A DNA stretch of 64,000 nt from Tubiluchus corallicola (lineage: Eukaryota > Animalia > Priapulida). The DNA lies in NCBI GenBank assembly GCA_030141605.1, contig JAQGDQ010000278.1, positions 240,208 to 304,207 on the forward strand. The letters are read 5' to 3'. The notes beneath the pieces were generated by a model. That model did not search any database and was not told the origin of the DNA. It saw only the letters and a list, made by a program, of their open reading frames with translations. Below are positions 1-12,200 of the stretch, piece by piece; the stretch's first letter is position 1, and each line of letters starts with the position of its first letter. The position numbers and the translations under genes were made by a program.

Positions 1-231
1 ATCACACAAATTACCTCTTCAACAACGACAACAAGTTTTGCCTTCGGCTTTTTCCTTGTTGCTTCCATCTCACTAGTAACACAAATCCAACGGGCATCCT
101 CGAAATCTGACACGCAACCGCCAAGTTGTTGACCGACATAGAAGTCTTCATTTGCGAACTCGCTGTCTTCATCACGTTGTTCTTTCACATCTTCCAGTTT
201 GTCCAATGCTGATGTCCCAGGCATGCTGAGT
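1..231 (-). CDS. UBE2O: UBE2O exon 4 (truncated by window edge)
   Basis: Acceptor ttttttacag at 232; open frame to the window edge; FYVGQQL...VVVVEEV. Confidence 0.85.
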
Positions 232-3200
232 CTGTAAAAAAAAACGAAACTGTTGTGGAAATTTTTTTGTAGGTATATGCCAACCATTGCCCTCTGTTGT
301 AAAGAAATCACAAGATCAAAACAATGAGTAAATATGTCGAAATAAGTGAATGTTCGACATCTTGACAAAATTGAGGCTGATAAACAGTTGAAATAAAACA
401 CACCTAACTGTCCTCTATACTTAAACAGAATATCACAGAATACTACACATTAAAATTATTTCAACTTTTATTTTTATAAAATTTTACGGAATCTGCGGAA
501 TTGCTCAAATCTCATGAAAATGCTCACATAACTGCAATGCAAAAGAGATGGAAATGTGTTACACGTCTACTTTCCATGAGCGCTAACACACAAAAGGGAC
601 GAACAATTGCATCTTCACTCGAAAACGTGCGTGACCGACACATACAAAGACACGCCATCGAATTTTGTAATTTTGTACGCTAGTATGGCTGTTATATCGC
701 TACAATCTCAGCTATAGATATAAGATTAGGGTCATGGATGAATACAATGAATCGGCTTCGGTCACAGTTACAATTCTGATACAGATTATTGAAAAATGCT
801 TGATGCTTTTGAATCTCAAACTAATACCAATCAGTCATCCTATCACTAAAAAAATCATTCATGGAAATGTTTCAAGTATTATGCTTACCTAGACCCATCT
901 CCACAGACAAGAATTAGTTCCAGATTCGTTTCTTTAATGACGCCAACCCATGGACCCAGAGTTATTACGCAATCAACACAAAATGCCTACATAGATAAAT
1001 TATTAAAGCAGCTGTATCAACTGATTCCAATCTAAGTTTAATAAAGCTATCAAAGTAATTGGACAAAGAGATGTAATTTACAGGCGGCTTTAATTTCCTT
1101 GCATTTCTTACACTAGAAATACATTTTTATTTCGCACGCACGCACACACACACGCATATATAAACTTCGCTGGTACAGATATATATATATACATATGTAT
1201 AAGAGTCGAGGCTACAGCTCCGACGATGGCACCATTTGCGGCGATCTATATATCAAATGAAAGATCTCAATCTCGTGTGGTCTCATTGGGGGTTTATTTT
1301 TCGAATCTGGTTCACCAAGCTATGTGGGCTATATTTCAGTACACATCCACTCAGAGGAGTGCCGAACGAGTTAATTAGATGTTCTATTTTTGGCAATTTT
1401 CGCTTGGAAAACTGCTGACGCAAAGCCATTGTTCTGCTGTCATCCATTAAACTCTGTCTGTAAACTTATAACTTTAATTCGGTAAAGGCTACTGGCTTTG
1501 CGTTATAAATGAAGACTATGTAGGATGTTCGCGTATTTTTGATAACGAGCGTGATTATACGCAAAATTTTTTGCGGGGCCTTTGCTAGTATATATATATC
1601 TTCATTATACATAATTCTATATTCATTGTACATGTTCTATACATGTTCATCATCTATATATATATATATACACATCTCGGTTTGCCGGACAAAAGCAGGC
1701 AGACATTGGTCCGAATTTGCCAATACTAAGTTAAAGCAGTTTGCGATGTGTATTAGACTCACGGTAACATAGAACCAATCACTTAATTGTCTCAAAAACA
1801 TCTAGATAGTGCCGCTCCTATGTAAAAACATATAAAAACTACAGGCAAAATGCTTAAATAAGATACTTTTGTCAGATCATTGAACTTTAACCAATTGTTA
1901 CAGTAATGCAATGATGTAAGCATAGTGATGACCCGCCAACTAGCGGTCAGCTCACGAAACAACAGATTGTGTCTGTAGTATGCGGGACTTTTTAAAGGTC
2001 TAGATTTTGTCAGATTCTTCCGATAAAAGCTAGGTCCGGCAAACTGAGATATGAGTGTATATAATGAATATATGTAGGGAGAGATGCTGAAACTCAGTTT
2101 ATAACTATAAGGCTTTTTTAACTTGTCCTCTAGTATTAATACAGGGCTAGGCTCTGCATAAACTGGCATAATACACCTCTCTGCCAGTTTGAACATTTGC
2201 ATGTTATACAAATATGCATATTTGAATGATTATTTAAATCTTAAATAAAAAACATAAATAGCAATAATACCTGAAGAGGCATTAGATCTTTAGATGAGAC
2301 ATTTTCAATCTTACTATCTGTTTCCACAATCTGCACATCAGCCTTGATAGTTAAACTTCGACAATATCCGCTAGGACCATCTTTTGCTGAGATATAACGA
2401 ACTACATCTCCAGGCATCAAACTCCGATCAGCTAATTTCAGCTAAAGTATATAGTGTACAGAATATTAAACACTAAGCACTACCCAGCTACATACATTTG
2501 TAATCAAAAACATATAAAGTACAAACTAAAAATATTTCTAAAGGAGCTATATGTGTTACAAGCATAAAGAAAAATTTTGCATAAATTTGTAAAATGCCAT
2601 TAGTAATAATACCTGTTTTGTAAAAGTTTGAGTTAAACATTTAAAAAATAATGATTTAGCGCACAAACTTAATTACTAATGACATAGATTAAGCAGCATT
2701 GGCAGCTCGTAGCTAAAATTAGTAGGGGTGCTGCTGCAGAGAAATTTTAGCCATTGTTTTAATATTGTGTAAAACGAAACAAACATATAAAAAGAAAATT
2801 TATGCATAAATTAGAAAAAATTCAAAACAATAAAATATTTTCTCTTACTAATTGCCTAAATTGTTACAGTTCAACTTAAATTAATCTAACTAATAAGTCT
2901 AATCTAATCTAAGTAACTCTAAATTGATCAATACACTTAGAAGCAAAATTCATTTTTATTTTACTTTGCGCAAAAAAATTAATAATTTTCTCATTGATCG
3001 ACATTGCGTGAGCGACTATGCAAGGCCGCATATGCACAGCAGTCAAACACCACGCTGATGGACCTGTGAGGTGCACAGTTCCGCCATGTGTTCTGCTTCC
3101 GTACAAGTATAAAGAAATAATTAAAGAAAAAAAGACTTATCACAAGAATATTAGCGATAATATTCGAGTGAAAATAGTGGGTGCTGCAGTCCCACTGTGC

Positions 3201-5293
3201 CTATACACAAGCCACCACTGTTAGGCAACTACCTGTATTCAAAGAATATTTATATACAGAACATTCCACGAAACCGATCTCACTAACATACACCTATGAA
3301 TTAGGAAGGAGTTTTTATTATAAGATATGGTATGAATCACAGCCGGTATATTTTACAGGTGTTTTAAATATTGACAAGTATGTACATAACGCGAGATGTA
3401 AGAACATAACAATTCAGGCTTCATAAAGCATGACTATCGTGAAAGCTTCTTAATCTCTTCTTTTTAAAGGAAAAGGAATATTTCTATGTTCGCAAAAAAT
3501 ATTAGAAGGCTCTAGTAATAAAACTGCAAAAAGCGCCTCGTGTAATTAGCAAAATCACTTTAAAGTGGAGATCACTTCATGGCACTCCCATTTTGAATGT
3601 CATTCGTCCTGAAGAATAACGTACTGTCAATCTCTGTCAAAAAACTATTTGATAGCTGATTAGGTAAGCTGCAGAAGTATGAATTAGTTTAGTTTAAGCA
3701 GCCTGTGCTCACGGAAAGCCACGATGGGCTTACGAAAAGTCACAAAGTTTCCCAGTTAAGTCTTAATTTTCAAATGAATGGCGACAATCACCATGCTGGA
3801 AAACTTCTATTCTGAGGTAGATATTTTAGATTTAAGCTTTATAGAAAGTTTTTTGCAAATTTTTGTTTGTTATATTTTTCTAAATTTAAGTGAAGTAAAA
3901 CCGGATCCAATCTTAAACTGTAGGTCAAAACAATCTACTCTTTAAAATATTGAAAAGAAACATGCTATTTTTCCTAAAATGGCTTACATGAAAGAATTAC
4001 TACTACATAACACAATTTCGCGCTCGTGCCAATAGTTCTTCGCTGTTACATGTATTTCGCCATTTGCTAGTTAGACGGGTACTAATGCCTGCATTTCGGA
4101 AACGCGTTTAAAAAAAAACAATTGCTGTATCTCGCAGTTCAGATGTATTGGTTTCTCACGAACTACACGCATGACAGCTCACGTGTGAGCACAGCAGTAA
4201 ATTTGAAATTTTATTTTACACATGCCTAGGTTTAGTACAACACACGTGCTTTTGCAAACACGTGCAAAACGCTAGTGAAATGTTTTTGCTGTTGTTAGTT
4301 TCACGTTATTATGTTAGTTTGTGATGTCATCAATAGTTGGGCTCGCCCGCTGTTAATTAAGTTTCTAATCTATTATTTAATTTTCAGAAGCACTTTTGCA
4401 GTATTAATCGGGTTAAAATGTATACTTTTTATCAGACTTGTTCATTCCTTTAAATTTACCAACACTCTTTGACAAACTGTTCCTGTTACTTTGCTTGAAA
4501 TTCACGATTATACTTTACAGCTTTACCTTACCAATCACTTGAAATTCTACTGCTTTGTTTTATTTTATTTGATTTCATAACAAGCATGCTTCACTTGTAA
4601 TCTTAATATATTCACAGAAAAAGGATGGTTTGACTTGATGACCGCTTACGGTCTTTCACTATCCTGTTTTCACATTTTAAGCAACTTATTATTGTACTAC
4701 TTTATGATGTTTGGATAGAAATAAACTATATCTGAATCTGTTTAAGTTCACTACATGGTGAGAGAAAAATGTACTTTTGGCAATTAATTCTTGCACAGGG
4801 TTTGAACAATTTCTTAAAATAAAAATGAGTGGACAGCAAAAGTATAGCTTTGAAATATTTTATCACAGCTAAGGTGGTTGTTTCCATTTGAGTAATTAAA
4901 CATCACACAGAGGTCAGCAGTTTCTGTTCTTTGTTGGAGAGAACAAATCTCTCACAAATGTAATATTTAAAATGAATAAATCTGAAAAAATATCTCAAGA
5001 CGTAAATTAGCTGCTACAGCCTATATATAACAGCAGATATCAAATTTTTTAACTCCCAATAGTGAAATGTGGTCAGCTACCTTCTTTTCAGGAATCACTT
5101 GTACGTTGCCTTTCGGATGCCACGCAACTCTCACTTGACCTCTCTTTAAAATAAATTCCTCGTCCGAAGATGAGCTGCTATCATCGCTACTACTGTGCTC
5201 CCAATTTTTTAAAACTAACCCATACTCTGGCTCTCCTTTCTTGTTGATTCGATAAACACAATCTTCTTCGAAGTATCTGCAAGAACTAGCCAT
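1..5293 (-). CDS. UBE2O: (E3-independent) E2 ubiquitin-conjugating enzyme UBE2O-like, 5' part (exons 1-4; gene continues beyond left edge)
   Basis: Exons 5293-5081, 2441-2271, 986-889 and 231-<1 join at GT-AG sites with phases 0,0,2. They give MASSCRYFEEDCVY...GQVRVAWHPKG...EKK/LKLADRSLMPGDVVR...SKDLMPLQ/AFCVDCVITLGPWVGVIKE...GDGSR/...FYVGQQLGG...WI...VVVVEEV, which resembles the UBE2O N-terminal region. Confidence 0.9.
889..986 (-). CDS. UBE2O: UBE2O exon 3
   Basis: Acceptor tgtag, donor GTAAGC; WVGVIKETNLELILVCGDGSR. Confidence 0.85.
1197..1588 (+). mobile_element. Non-autonomous Helitron-like element, copy 1
   Basis: Subterminal hairpin cgcaaaa..ttttgcg followed by ggcctttgCTAG|T. Both the 5' segment and the 3' end are shared with a reverse copy at 52865-53390. 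Confidence 0.6.
1673..2050. repeat. MITE-like element with 17-18 bp inverted repeats
   Basis: catctcggtttgccggac (1673-1690) vs gtccggcaaactgagat (2034-2050). Confidence 0.45.
2271..2441 (-). CDS. UBE2O: UBE2O exon 2
   Basis: Acceptor ctttag, donor GTATTA; LKLADRSLMPGDVVR. Confidence 0.88.
2700..3220. repeat. Interspersed repeat (MITE-like); related copy begins near 33636
   Basis: gctcgtagctaaaattagt(a/g)ggg..tgctg is shared between ~2705 and ~33639. Confidence 0.45.
3886..4218 (-). mobile_element. TTAA-flanked non-autonomous DNA element (Kolobok/piggyBac-like), copy A
   Basis: Reverse-complement similarity to 13435-13780 and 40600-40904; all three end at TTAA. Confidence 0.55.
5081..5293 (-). 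CDS. UBE2O: UBE2O exon 1
   Basis: ATG at 5293; 71 codons; donor GTAGCT at 5080; VRVAWHP motif. Confidence 0.85.
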
Positions 5294-5596
5294 AATTTTC
5301 TCAAACACGAAAAGGATTATTTACTTCGGTAAACCAGACTTACGCTGGTTACTGGCGGGGCGAAATCGAACTTCAAGTGCAATTAAAAAGCAAACAAAAT
5401 CTCTCATTCACGGTCTCATTCTATTCGGTTTACGTTCGTTTTCTAATTCAAATTTTAACTATGGTTTATTTCTATAATTATTAAATGCAATAGATTATAG
5501 AAGAGAAGAAAAACTTATGACGTGAAATCTAGGAATAAGGAAAAAAGAGAGCAATACAATTCCAAACGTGCACATTAAAATAGCACAGGTAGACCT

Positions 5597-6541
5597 GGCT
5601 TAGGAAAAAATACACGGTAAAAGTGGAGCAGAAAGGTTTCACAGGAAAAAGGGCAAAAATTTAATAGGAAAAAGCAGGACAAAATGGCACTCTTAAAAAA
5701 ATGAAATTAGGGTTAGTATCACTGAGCTGATAATTATTTTTAACCTCTGCCAAAAAAGTTTTGCTCCAATGCAGCTTATATGTTTGTGCGGTTGTTTTTT
5801 TGCCCATTAAACAGCAGTAATTATGCGAATTATTAAAAAAACTATTTAATGTTATACACTTGACAAATTTTCACGACATTTTATTTAGAAGGTGGGTAGG
5901 GGAGAGAAAAGATACATTTTGAAGCAGATTCCTGGGCAGAGGGAGGAGGTGAAAACTATTAAAATGAACGTTTTTTGCTCGTTCTTCTTGTCAAAATAAT
6001 TTTTTTGCTAAACATGACATACATAAAACACCCGTGAAGCACTTCATTGGCGTCTCAGCAGGAGTGTTATAGTTTTTGGAAAAGTAAAAGTTGGCTACAA
6101 GATAGAGTAATTCTTTTTCATTATCACTACCAGGATAAAAAACAAATATAATTAAGTATTCCAAGTTCTGTTTCAGGAATTCTCGCTTGAAAGGCTAATT
6201 AACGTTGTCTATGACCTTTGATTATGCATGCATATAGTCTTATAAGCTGGCTTTGCATGTAGATATATAATGTTGCCAGTTTATTGTACTATCGCCAAGT
6301 AGTTAAAGAGATATAGATATAGACTTCACACACTATAGTATGTGCAATGTTCGTGATGAATGACTTAGGATTTTGATACCTTGGCAGAGATCTGCTTTTT
6401 ACTCTGCCAATCATTCACGACATTTAGTCTAATTATAGAAACTATATGCATTGAAATAAATGTGTGCCATTTTGTCATCCGTTCCCATTTGCATCACTTA
6501 GTCCTGCATGATTTTTAACTGTGTCATTTTTACCTACAACC
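5597..6541. mobile_element. Foldback-type MITE with short subterminal repeats in inverted orientation
   Basis: Left ggcttaggaaaaaatacacg...ggacaaaatggcac mirrors right gtgccattttgtc...tgtgtcatttttacctacaacc. Confidence 0.45.
5737..6412 (+). mobile_element. Helentron/HINE (DINE-1-like) non-autonomous element nested in the foldback MITE
   Basis: T-rich start ttttaacctctgccaa; 3' inverted copy ccttggcagagatctgc with a terminal hairpin. Confidence 0.5.
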
Positions 6542-6959
6542 AGCAAGCAAAATATATGTCATGGATTTTCTACAATGCTTAAAAATTCAAAGTTAATCAA
6601 AGAAAAAATAAGAAGAATAGCCATTAATTGCAGCATATATTATGCAACACTGTATTAATTACTACTAATGTCACCATTAACAATAAAAAGTCTACATTTT
6701 CCCAGACCCTCAAATCTGTTCTCCATTCTAAAAACTTCAGTCAGATCAAGCCTCATTTGGATATATAGTTATGCGCATTAATCTGTCCCATTTCTGTTCA
6801 TATGTTAATTCCTTTAAACTACGGCACTCAGTCGAGTTTACGGCTCTCTTTTGTACGCATTTAAGCAATCTAATATCTGGTTTTCATATGCCTGCATGAG
6901 TAATCATTATGTGTTCCATATGAAACTTTTGTACCATTTTACTATTACACATTTGTCCT

Positions 6960-7400
6960 TATTAATAGAGGATCTTTTTTGTCATGCCTAAAGTTCTGCT
7001 TGCTTTTCTGATTGCTTCCACCCTCTAATTGCTAGATTTTAGCAACTCATTTGTTAACATTTCCTAGTCTCAACTTTTCATTCTTCTGTAAAAACGCCAA
7101 TAAAAATACTCCTTAACATGATTATTGCTTACAAATCGTCTACCACAATGGTACCATTCTTACCGATCAATTGTCTAACCATGTTCTTATAAGCTCAGCT
7201 CATTCCTTACGTAACCATAAAAATTAGGGTTGTCCTTTTTTGTCGTAGTTACTCTTCTTTTGTACATTCTTCTAGCTTTTCTTATTTCCTTAGTCAAGTT
7301 CTTCGCTAATGTTTCATTGGGTGACCACACTCAATGTAACACATTGTACACTAAAGTTGGCTTGTCAAAAATTTGGGTTAAAAAACAATCTTCCACTACT
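6960..7400 (-). mobile_element. Decayed CR1-like LINE ORF2 fragment
   Basis: Interrupted translation KDNPNFYGYVRN...GKNGTIVVDD...IFIGVFTEE, resembling the linker before the RT domain of CR1-group LINEs; boundaries approximate. Confidence 0.5.
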
Positions 7401-7517
7401 TCGACAAAATTACATTCTTTGATCTCGAATCGTATTTGAAACAAACTTAAAGTGAAATAACTAGCTGTTTTGTACCGAAACGTTGATTAACTTTATCTTT
7501 GGATAACTCAATTCAAA

Positions 7518-7808
7518 ATGGTGGCTGCCATGAAAAGTTTGGGGATTAATATCTTTTATCGCCGATTAATGCTACAAACATCGGTACATAAAACATCGTG
7601 TTTCATATCAACCACTTCAATTACGAAAGCAATAGTTTTCGATAGTGGTGCTGTCTTACCGAAGCCGCATGTTATTAAATTTGGGTGGTTGAAAGCGTTG
7701 GCGGCCTCCTTACCAGGTCTCTTCGTAGGTGCCACTCTTGCTAAAACTGGAGCTGCTGTCCTGGAAGAACATGACATCTTTGTGCCGGAAGATGATGATG
7801 AGGATTAG
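7518..7808 (+). CDS. SMDT1: Essential MCU regulator, mitochondrial (EMRE), 96 aa
   Basis: Basic/hydroxylated presequence-like N-terminus, SGAVLPKP motif, single TM helix (PGLFVGATLAKTGAAVLEE) and the diagnostic acidic tail DIFVPEDDDED; strong start context aaaATGG. Confidence 0.95.
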   Translation: MVAAMKSLGINIFYRRLMLQTSVHKTSCFISTTSITKAIVFDSGAVLPKPHVIKFGWLKALAASLPGLFVGATLAKTGAAVLEEHDIFVPEDDDED

Positions 7809-7953
7809 TGCAATTGTTAAACATTAATGACTTAAAGTGTTGAACTATTTTTGTGAAAAGTAAGTATGATAAGCATAAAAAGTTAATTCCAGCAAGTTTA
7901 TGCAGCTAGAAGTATAGTAAGTCCTCGCTTAACGACGCTAATGCGTGCCACTA

Positions 7954-9082
7954 GTGGTGTACCGCAAGGTTCGGTATTAGGTCCGTGTTTATTTGTGGTA
8001 TTTATAAAAGACTTGCCTAGTTGTGTGAGTAATTCTCTTCGTCTTTTTGCCGACGACAGCAAAATCTGGTCTGAATCTGATTCTTTTACCAGCTGTAATG
8101 ATCAGCTGTAATCAAGGATCTTCAATTGGATCTAGAAGGGCTCTGTGATTGGGCAGTTGAAAATGGTATGCAGTTCCATCCCAACAAGTGTAAGGTTGTA
8201 TCTGTGGGAGCAGGATATGAGTATAAATACAAAATGTATGATGCAAGTGGCAATCCGGCAGAATTGGACTTTAGTGCTTGTAAGAAAGACCTTGGATTAT
8301 TACTTGATAATAAACTAAATTTTAAAGATCACATAGCAGAAATCATAAAGAGTGCCAAACGAAACAATGCTTTAATAAGGAGGAATTTCAAGTACCTAGA
8401 TCTGCAAACTTTCAAGCTTCTATATGTGGCACTTGTGCGATCAAAAGTGGAGTATGGAAGTAGTATTTGGAATAGTCCTAGGGCATATATAGTGGACCCA
8501 GTCGAAACTGTCCAAATGAGAGCTTTCAACATGTTACCGGAACTAATGAACTTGACGTATGAAAGTCAGTTAAAACGAATAGGTTTAACTACATTAGCTT
8601 TTAGACGTTTACGTGGCCAACTAATTGATGTATACAAATATGTATCTGGAGTTTACAGCTGTGATGATTGTCCTGTTAAATTAGAAGTACATCGTACAGC
8701 AAGATCAGGTCCTATTCTTCATAAATCAAGAACTGCACACAAAACTGGTAAATACGACTATTTTTCTTGTACGATGCCAGAAATCTGGAATAGATTGCCC
8801 TGTGATGTGAGAACAGCAACATCTGTAAATTTATTTAAATCAAAATTAGATAGACACTATGAACATCATCCATTGAAATTTAATCACCGTGCTAATTGGA
8901 ACATGCCTATAACAAGGATGCTGGATTACATATTATAGTGAGAAAACTTGCCAGTGGAGTCACCTAGGTGTTGATGACAATCTATTAAATGTGCAATTTG
9001 TCGCAATTACAGTCGAAGAACTATTTGTCTCAAAAGTTATATTATAACTACTGGAGATTTACTACTACTACTACTACTACTA
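7954..9082 (+). mobile_element. 5'-truncated non-LTR retrotransposon (CR1-group LINE) RT C-terminal fragment with (TAC)n tail
   Basis: SGVPQGSVLGP and LFADDSKI motifs lie upstream of ORF 8126-8938 (KDLG, VRSKVEY, WNRLP, FKSKLD); (tac)n tail ~9060-9082; cacta duplicated at 7949-7953 and 9083-9087. Confidence 0.92.
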
Positions 9083-9399
9083 CACTAAAATGCGTCGTTA
9101 AGCGAAACGTCGCTAAACGAAACATTGTTTTCCCTGAGAAGTCATGTAAAAGCATGCAGCTGCGTTCCAGGAGTAAAAACTAAGCTTGGCTATGTTAAAA
9201 GCTTCAGTTATCTTGCAGGAAAAAAATCAGTAAGGTTTACCTGATAAATTAAATGCTTAATATGGTTTATTGCTTACAGTTCTGTAGCTTTTCTTTAATT
9301 AAAATGCTACAGTTTACTGTGTAAACAAAATATTACTGGTAAAATTTAAATCTGAACTGTAGTCTCCTCCCCTCCTTCAGTCATTTTTTGCTCTTCCTC

Positions 9400-10955
9400 T
9401 TATTTCTTTTGTTTTTTATAAAAATACTCCATTGTTGGTTGTTTTGATTTTTTCTTTTATCTGCTAACACTTCTTTATAGCATTGCATTGCTTTCGCTAC
9501 ATACTCTTCACTTTTGAGCTCCATTCTGGGTCACTGTCATTTTCACATAAAATGTGAAGCCCAGTATCAATGTGTTTAAAAAGCTTCATACAGGTGCACT
9601 GTGGTTCAGGAGATGAGTTGTCATCTTCTTCCAAAAAAACTTGTTGTTCATGTATGCTCTTCTTGTATGTCATGCTCTTCTATGTCATTGAAACCTGTAG
9701 CTTTTGCAATTTATAGCATCTCTTCATTTACAGAGTGAATGAACTCCACCTTTTCTGTTTTTGTTTCACACTCTGCCCATAAATTATGCCACGCTTCATT
9801 CATGCATTCTTCGGCAACAGAGATCCAGGCTTCTTTAACATTATACAAACAAGGCAGAATGTTGTACTCTCGCCAGTACTCCCAAATAGTGGGCTTATCT
9901 TCACAGTCAGTTTCAATAATTAATTGTTTAAAAGTGTGGGGTAGATAATATACCTTAAAAGCAGCAATTGCACCTTGATCCATCACCTGTATTAATGCTG
10001 TAATATTTGAAAACGACTTTTGCATTGTCACAAAGATCATCGAGATTTGTTGGATGCGAAGGCGCATTGATAACAAGCAAAAGAATTTTAAAATCTTCGT
10101 TTTGCTGAGCACAGTATTCTTTCTACGCAGGGATAACGTGTTTGGTCAGCCATTCGCTTAAATGCCTGTTATCCATGCTTTTTTATTACATTTCCAAATT
10201 ACAGGCAGACAGTCTTTTGAATAACCGTTCAATGCTTGTGGGTGTGCAGAGTGATAAACCAGTAGTGGCTTCATTTCCACCTGCTTTGTTGCCTTCCAAC
10301 AGCAATGCGAATCTGCACTTCACCGTTGAAACCAGATGCCGATTTTTTGTCCCACAATATATATAAGTGCGTGCTGGCATTCTTTTCCAAAAGAGTCCCA
10401 CTTTCATCAACATTAAAAACTTGTTTGCTTCAATAACCACCGTCTGTGATTGTAGTCTTGAATGTTTCTGCAAATTTTTCTGTTGTTTCATCGTTTGCGC
10501 TGGCCGCTTCCCCGGTAATTTTAATGTGGTGATAACGTTTTTTAAACCGCTAAAACCATGCTCGACTTAAGGAAGTAATTGTTTCTTCCTGCGAGCCTTC
10601 ACCCTCCTTGGTTTTTATATCACTGTATAAACTTAAAGCCTTAGCTTGAATCACACGCAAGCTTAGAGGCCTACCATGCTGACTCAGTCTGTCAGCTCAC
10701 ATAGACAAAAGCTGCTCTGCTTTCTCGATTGTTGAACTCCTTGTTCTCGTAATCCTTGCAGCACCTGATGGTGTTGCACTTTTTGCACTCACTCTTATTT
10801 TTGCAGCATTTTTGTGAATTGTCCTGACAGTTGATGGCAGTAAATTTACAGCCTTAATAATGCTCCTTCACCAGCATCAAAATTGTTCAAAATGTATAAT
10901 TTTGTCTTTAACATAATTGTTTTTCTTCTTTGTTTAACACTGGCCGTGGCACCTG
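9400..10955 (-). pseudogene. Tigger/pogo transposase pseudogene (HTH + DDE), frameshifted
   Basis: Fragments KQRRKTIMLKTKLYIL (N-terminal HTH), AWF*RFKKRY (CENP-B HTH), GLFWKRMPARTYI and IQVMDQGAIAAFKVYY (DDE); spread over several frames with stops. Confidence 0.85.
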
Positions 10956-11719
10956 AGAAATATTACTAGTGTTGTGTTTGTGGCAGGTGAAATGCAAATG
11001 AGGTGAATGCAGTAATTAACCAGGTAATACGAGAGAGTTTTATCAGCTGAAACTCTTGTGTTTTATCAAGAGGAATTTTCTCTAAAGGTGGGAAAGCAAT
11101 GAATCATCCTGGCCTGTCTACAGCTGTAGCTGATTGCCTGCTGTCAGTTTAGTTGTGCTACAGTGATCTGCATTAAGCGGCAGGCTTCTTGATAAGAGTA
11201 GAAGTGCAGTAAATAAGATTTTAGTGTTTAAAGTAAGGCAATAAAATGAAACATGCGATGTTAAGCAAAAAAGGTGTCAAATGATTGGCGTCGTTAAAAC
11301 GAAATGTCGCTAAGCGGGAGTCGTTAAGCGAGGACTTGCTGTATTGTTTAGTTTTTTTCCAAAATGCCTTGTGTACATTGCTATATACCTGCAATATAGA
11401 CTATTACTGCAGCAAACAAGAGAGAACAATAATTCTTACAAACATAGGCTATTTCTACAACAAGTAAAGCAAAACAATTAAAAATTAATATATTCATATA
11501 TTGGCTCAGGCCTAGAAGCTGAACTTGTAGTAACAGGTCTGATGAATATAGCATTGTTTGTTTCGATTACTCGAATATAGACAGACATAGACATAAATGT
11601 AGATAGTAGATAGACGAATACGTTAGTTTGGCTGGAATTTAGGTTTCGTGTTTCACTTTACTCGCTGACAATTGTTAAAGGTAATAATTGGATTGTTGAC
11701 GTGCTTAATAATAAATAAA

Positions 11720-12200
11720 TAAATAATGGGCTTTATTATAAAGTCACACCATACAATGTGCGAACACATTAAAAAAATAAAAAAGTGTCAAAAGTGTTAA
11801 TTTCCCATTTTGGTCTGTTCTGTGATAAGCTGTTTATTATTTGCCATGAATTTACTTTTTATTATACATTTGCATATATGTTACATGCACGGAGTGCAGC
11901 ACAATTGTTGCAATGTGTTTAATAAAATGTGCATGGTCTACATTATTAGACCTGTGACCATTTCTGTGGCTTATTCCTGTGACCATTTCTTATTATTCTC
12001 AGAGTCTTTTGCTAGTGCAATAGAACAGTTTCAGCGAGTGTTCATGATTCCACGCATATTGCAATCGTTGCAAGTCAGGACGAGGAAGTTATCTATATTC
12101 AAGATGGTCAGAATGTTCCAAATTTTGTAACAATGTATGAGCTGTATAGTTTCGTGTCTTTGGTATAAAGGTAGGCATCCTTAGCTTGTCTACTTTTAGC
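11720..12200 (-). mobile_element. Decayed LINE 3' fragment
   Basis: Minus-strand remnant ...HEHSLKLFYC... resembling the CR1 C-terminal GHSLKL motif; boundaries approximate. Confidence 0.35.

Larger units (their letters stand above)
7915..11341 (-). mobile_element. pogo/Tigger (Tc1/mariner superfamily) DNA transposon, decayed, with nested LINE
   Basis: 22-bp TIRs tagtaagtcctcgcttaacgac / gtcgttaagcgaggacttgctg, TA on both flanks (7913-7914, 11342-11343), and transposase remnants inside. Confidence 0.9.

Noticed and set aside
8126-8938. 270-aa reverse transcriptase ORF as a host gene or retron/DGR-like system
   Set aside because: It is the 3' end of a 5'-truncated LINE with a (TAC)n tail, a target duplication and an upstream frameshift; the context is eukaryotic with no partner ncRNA or accessory gene.
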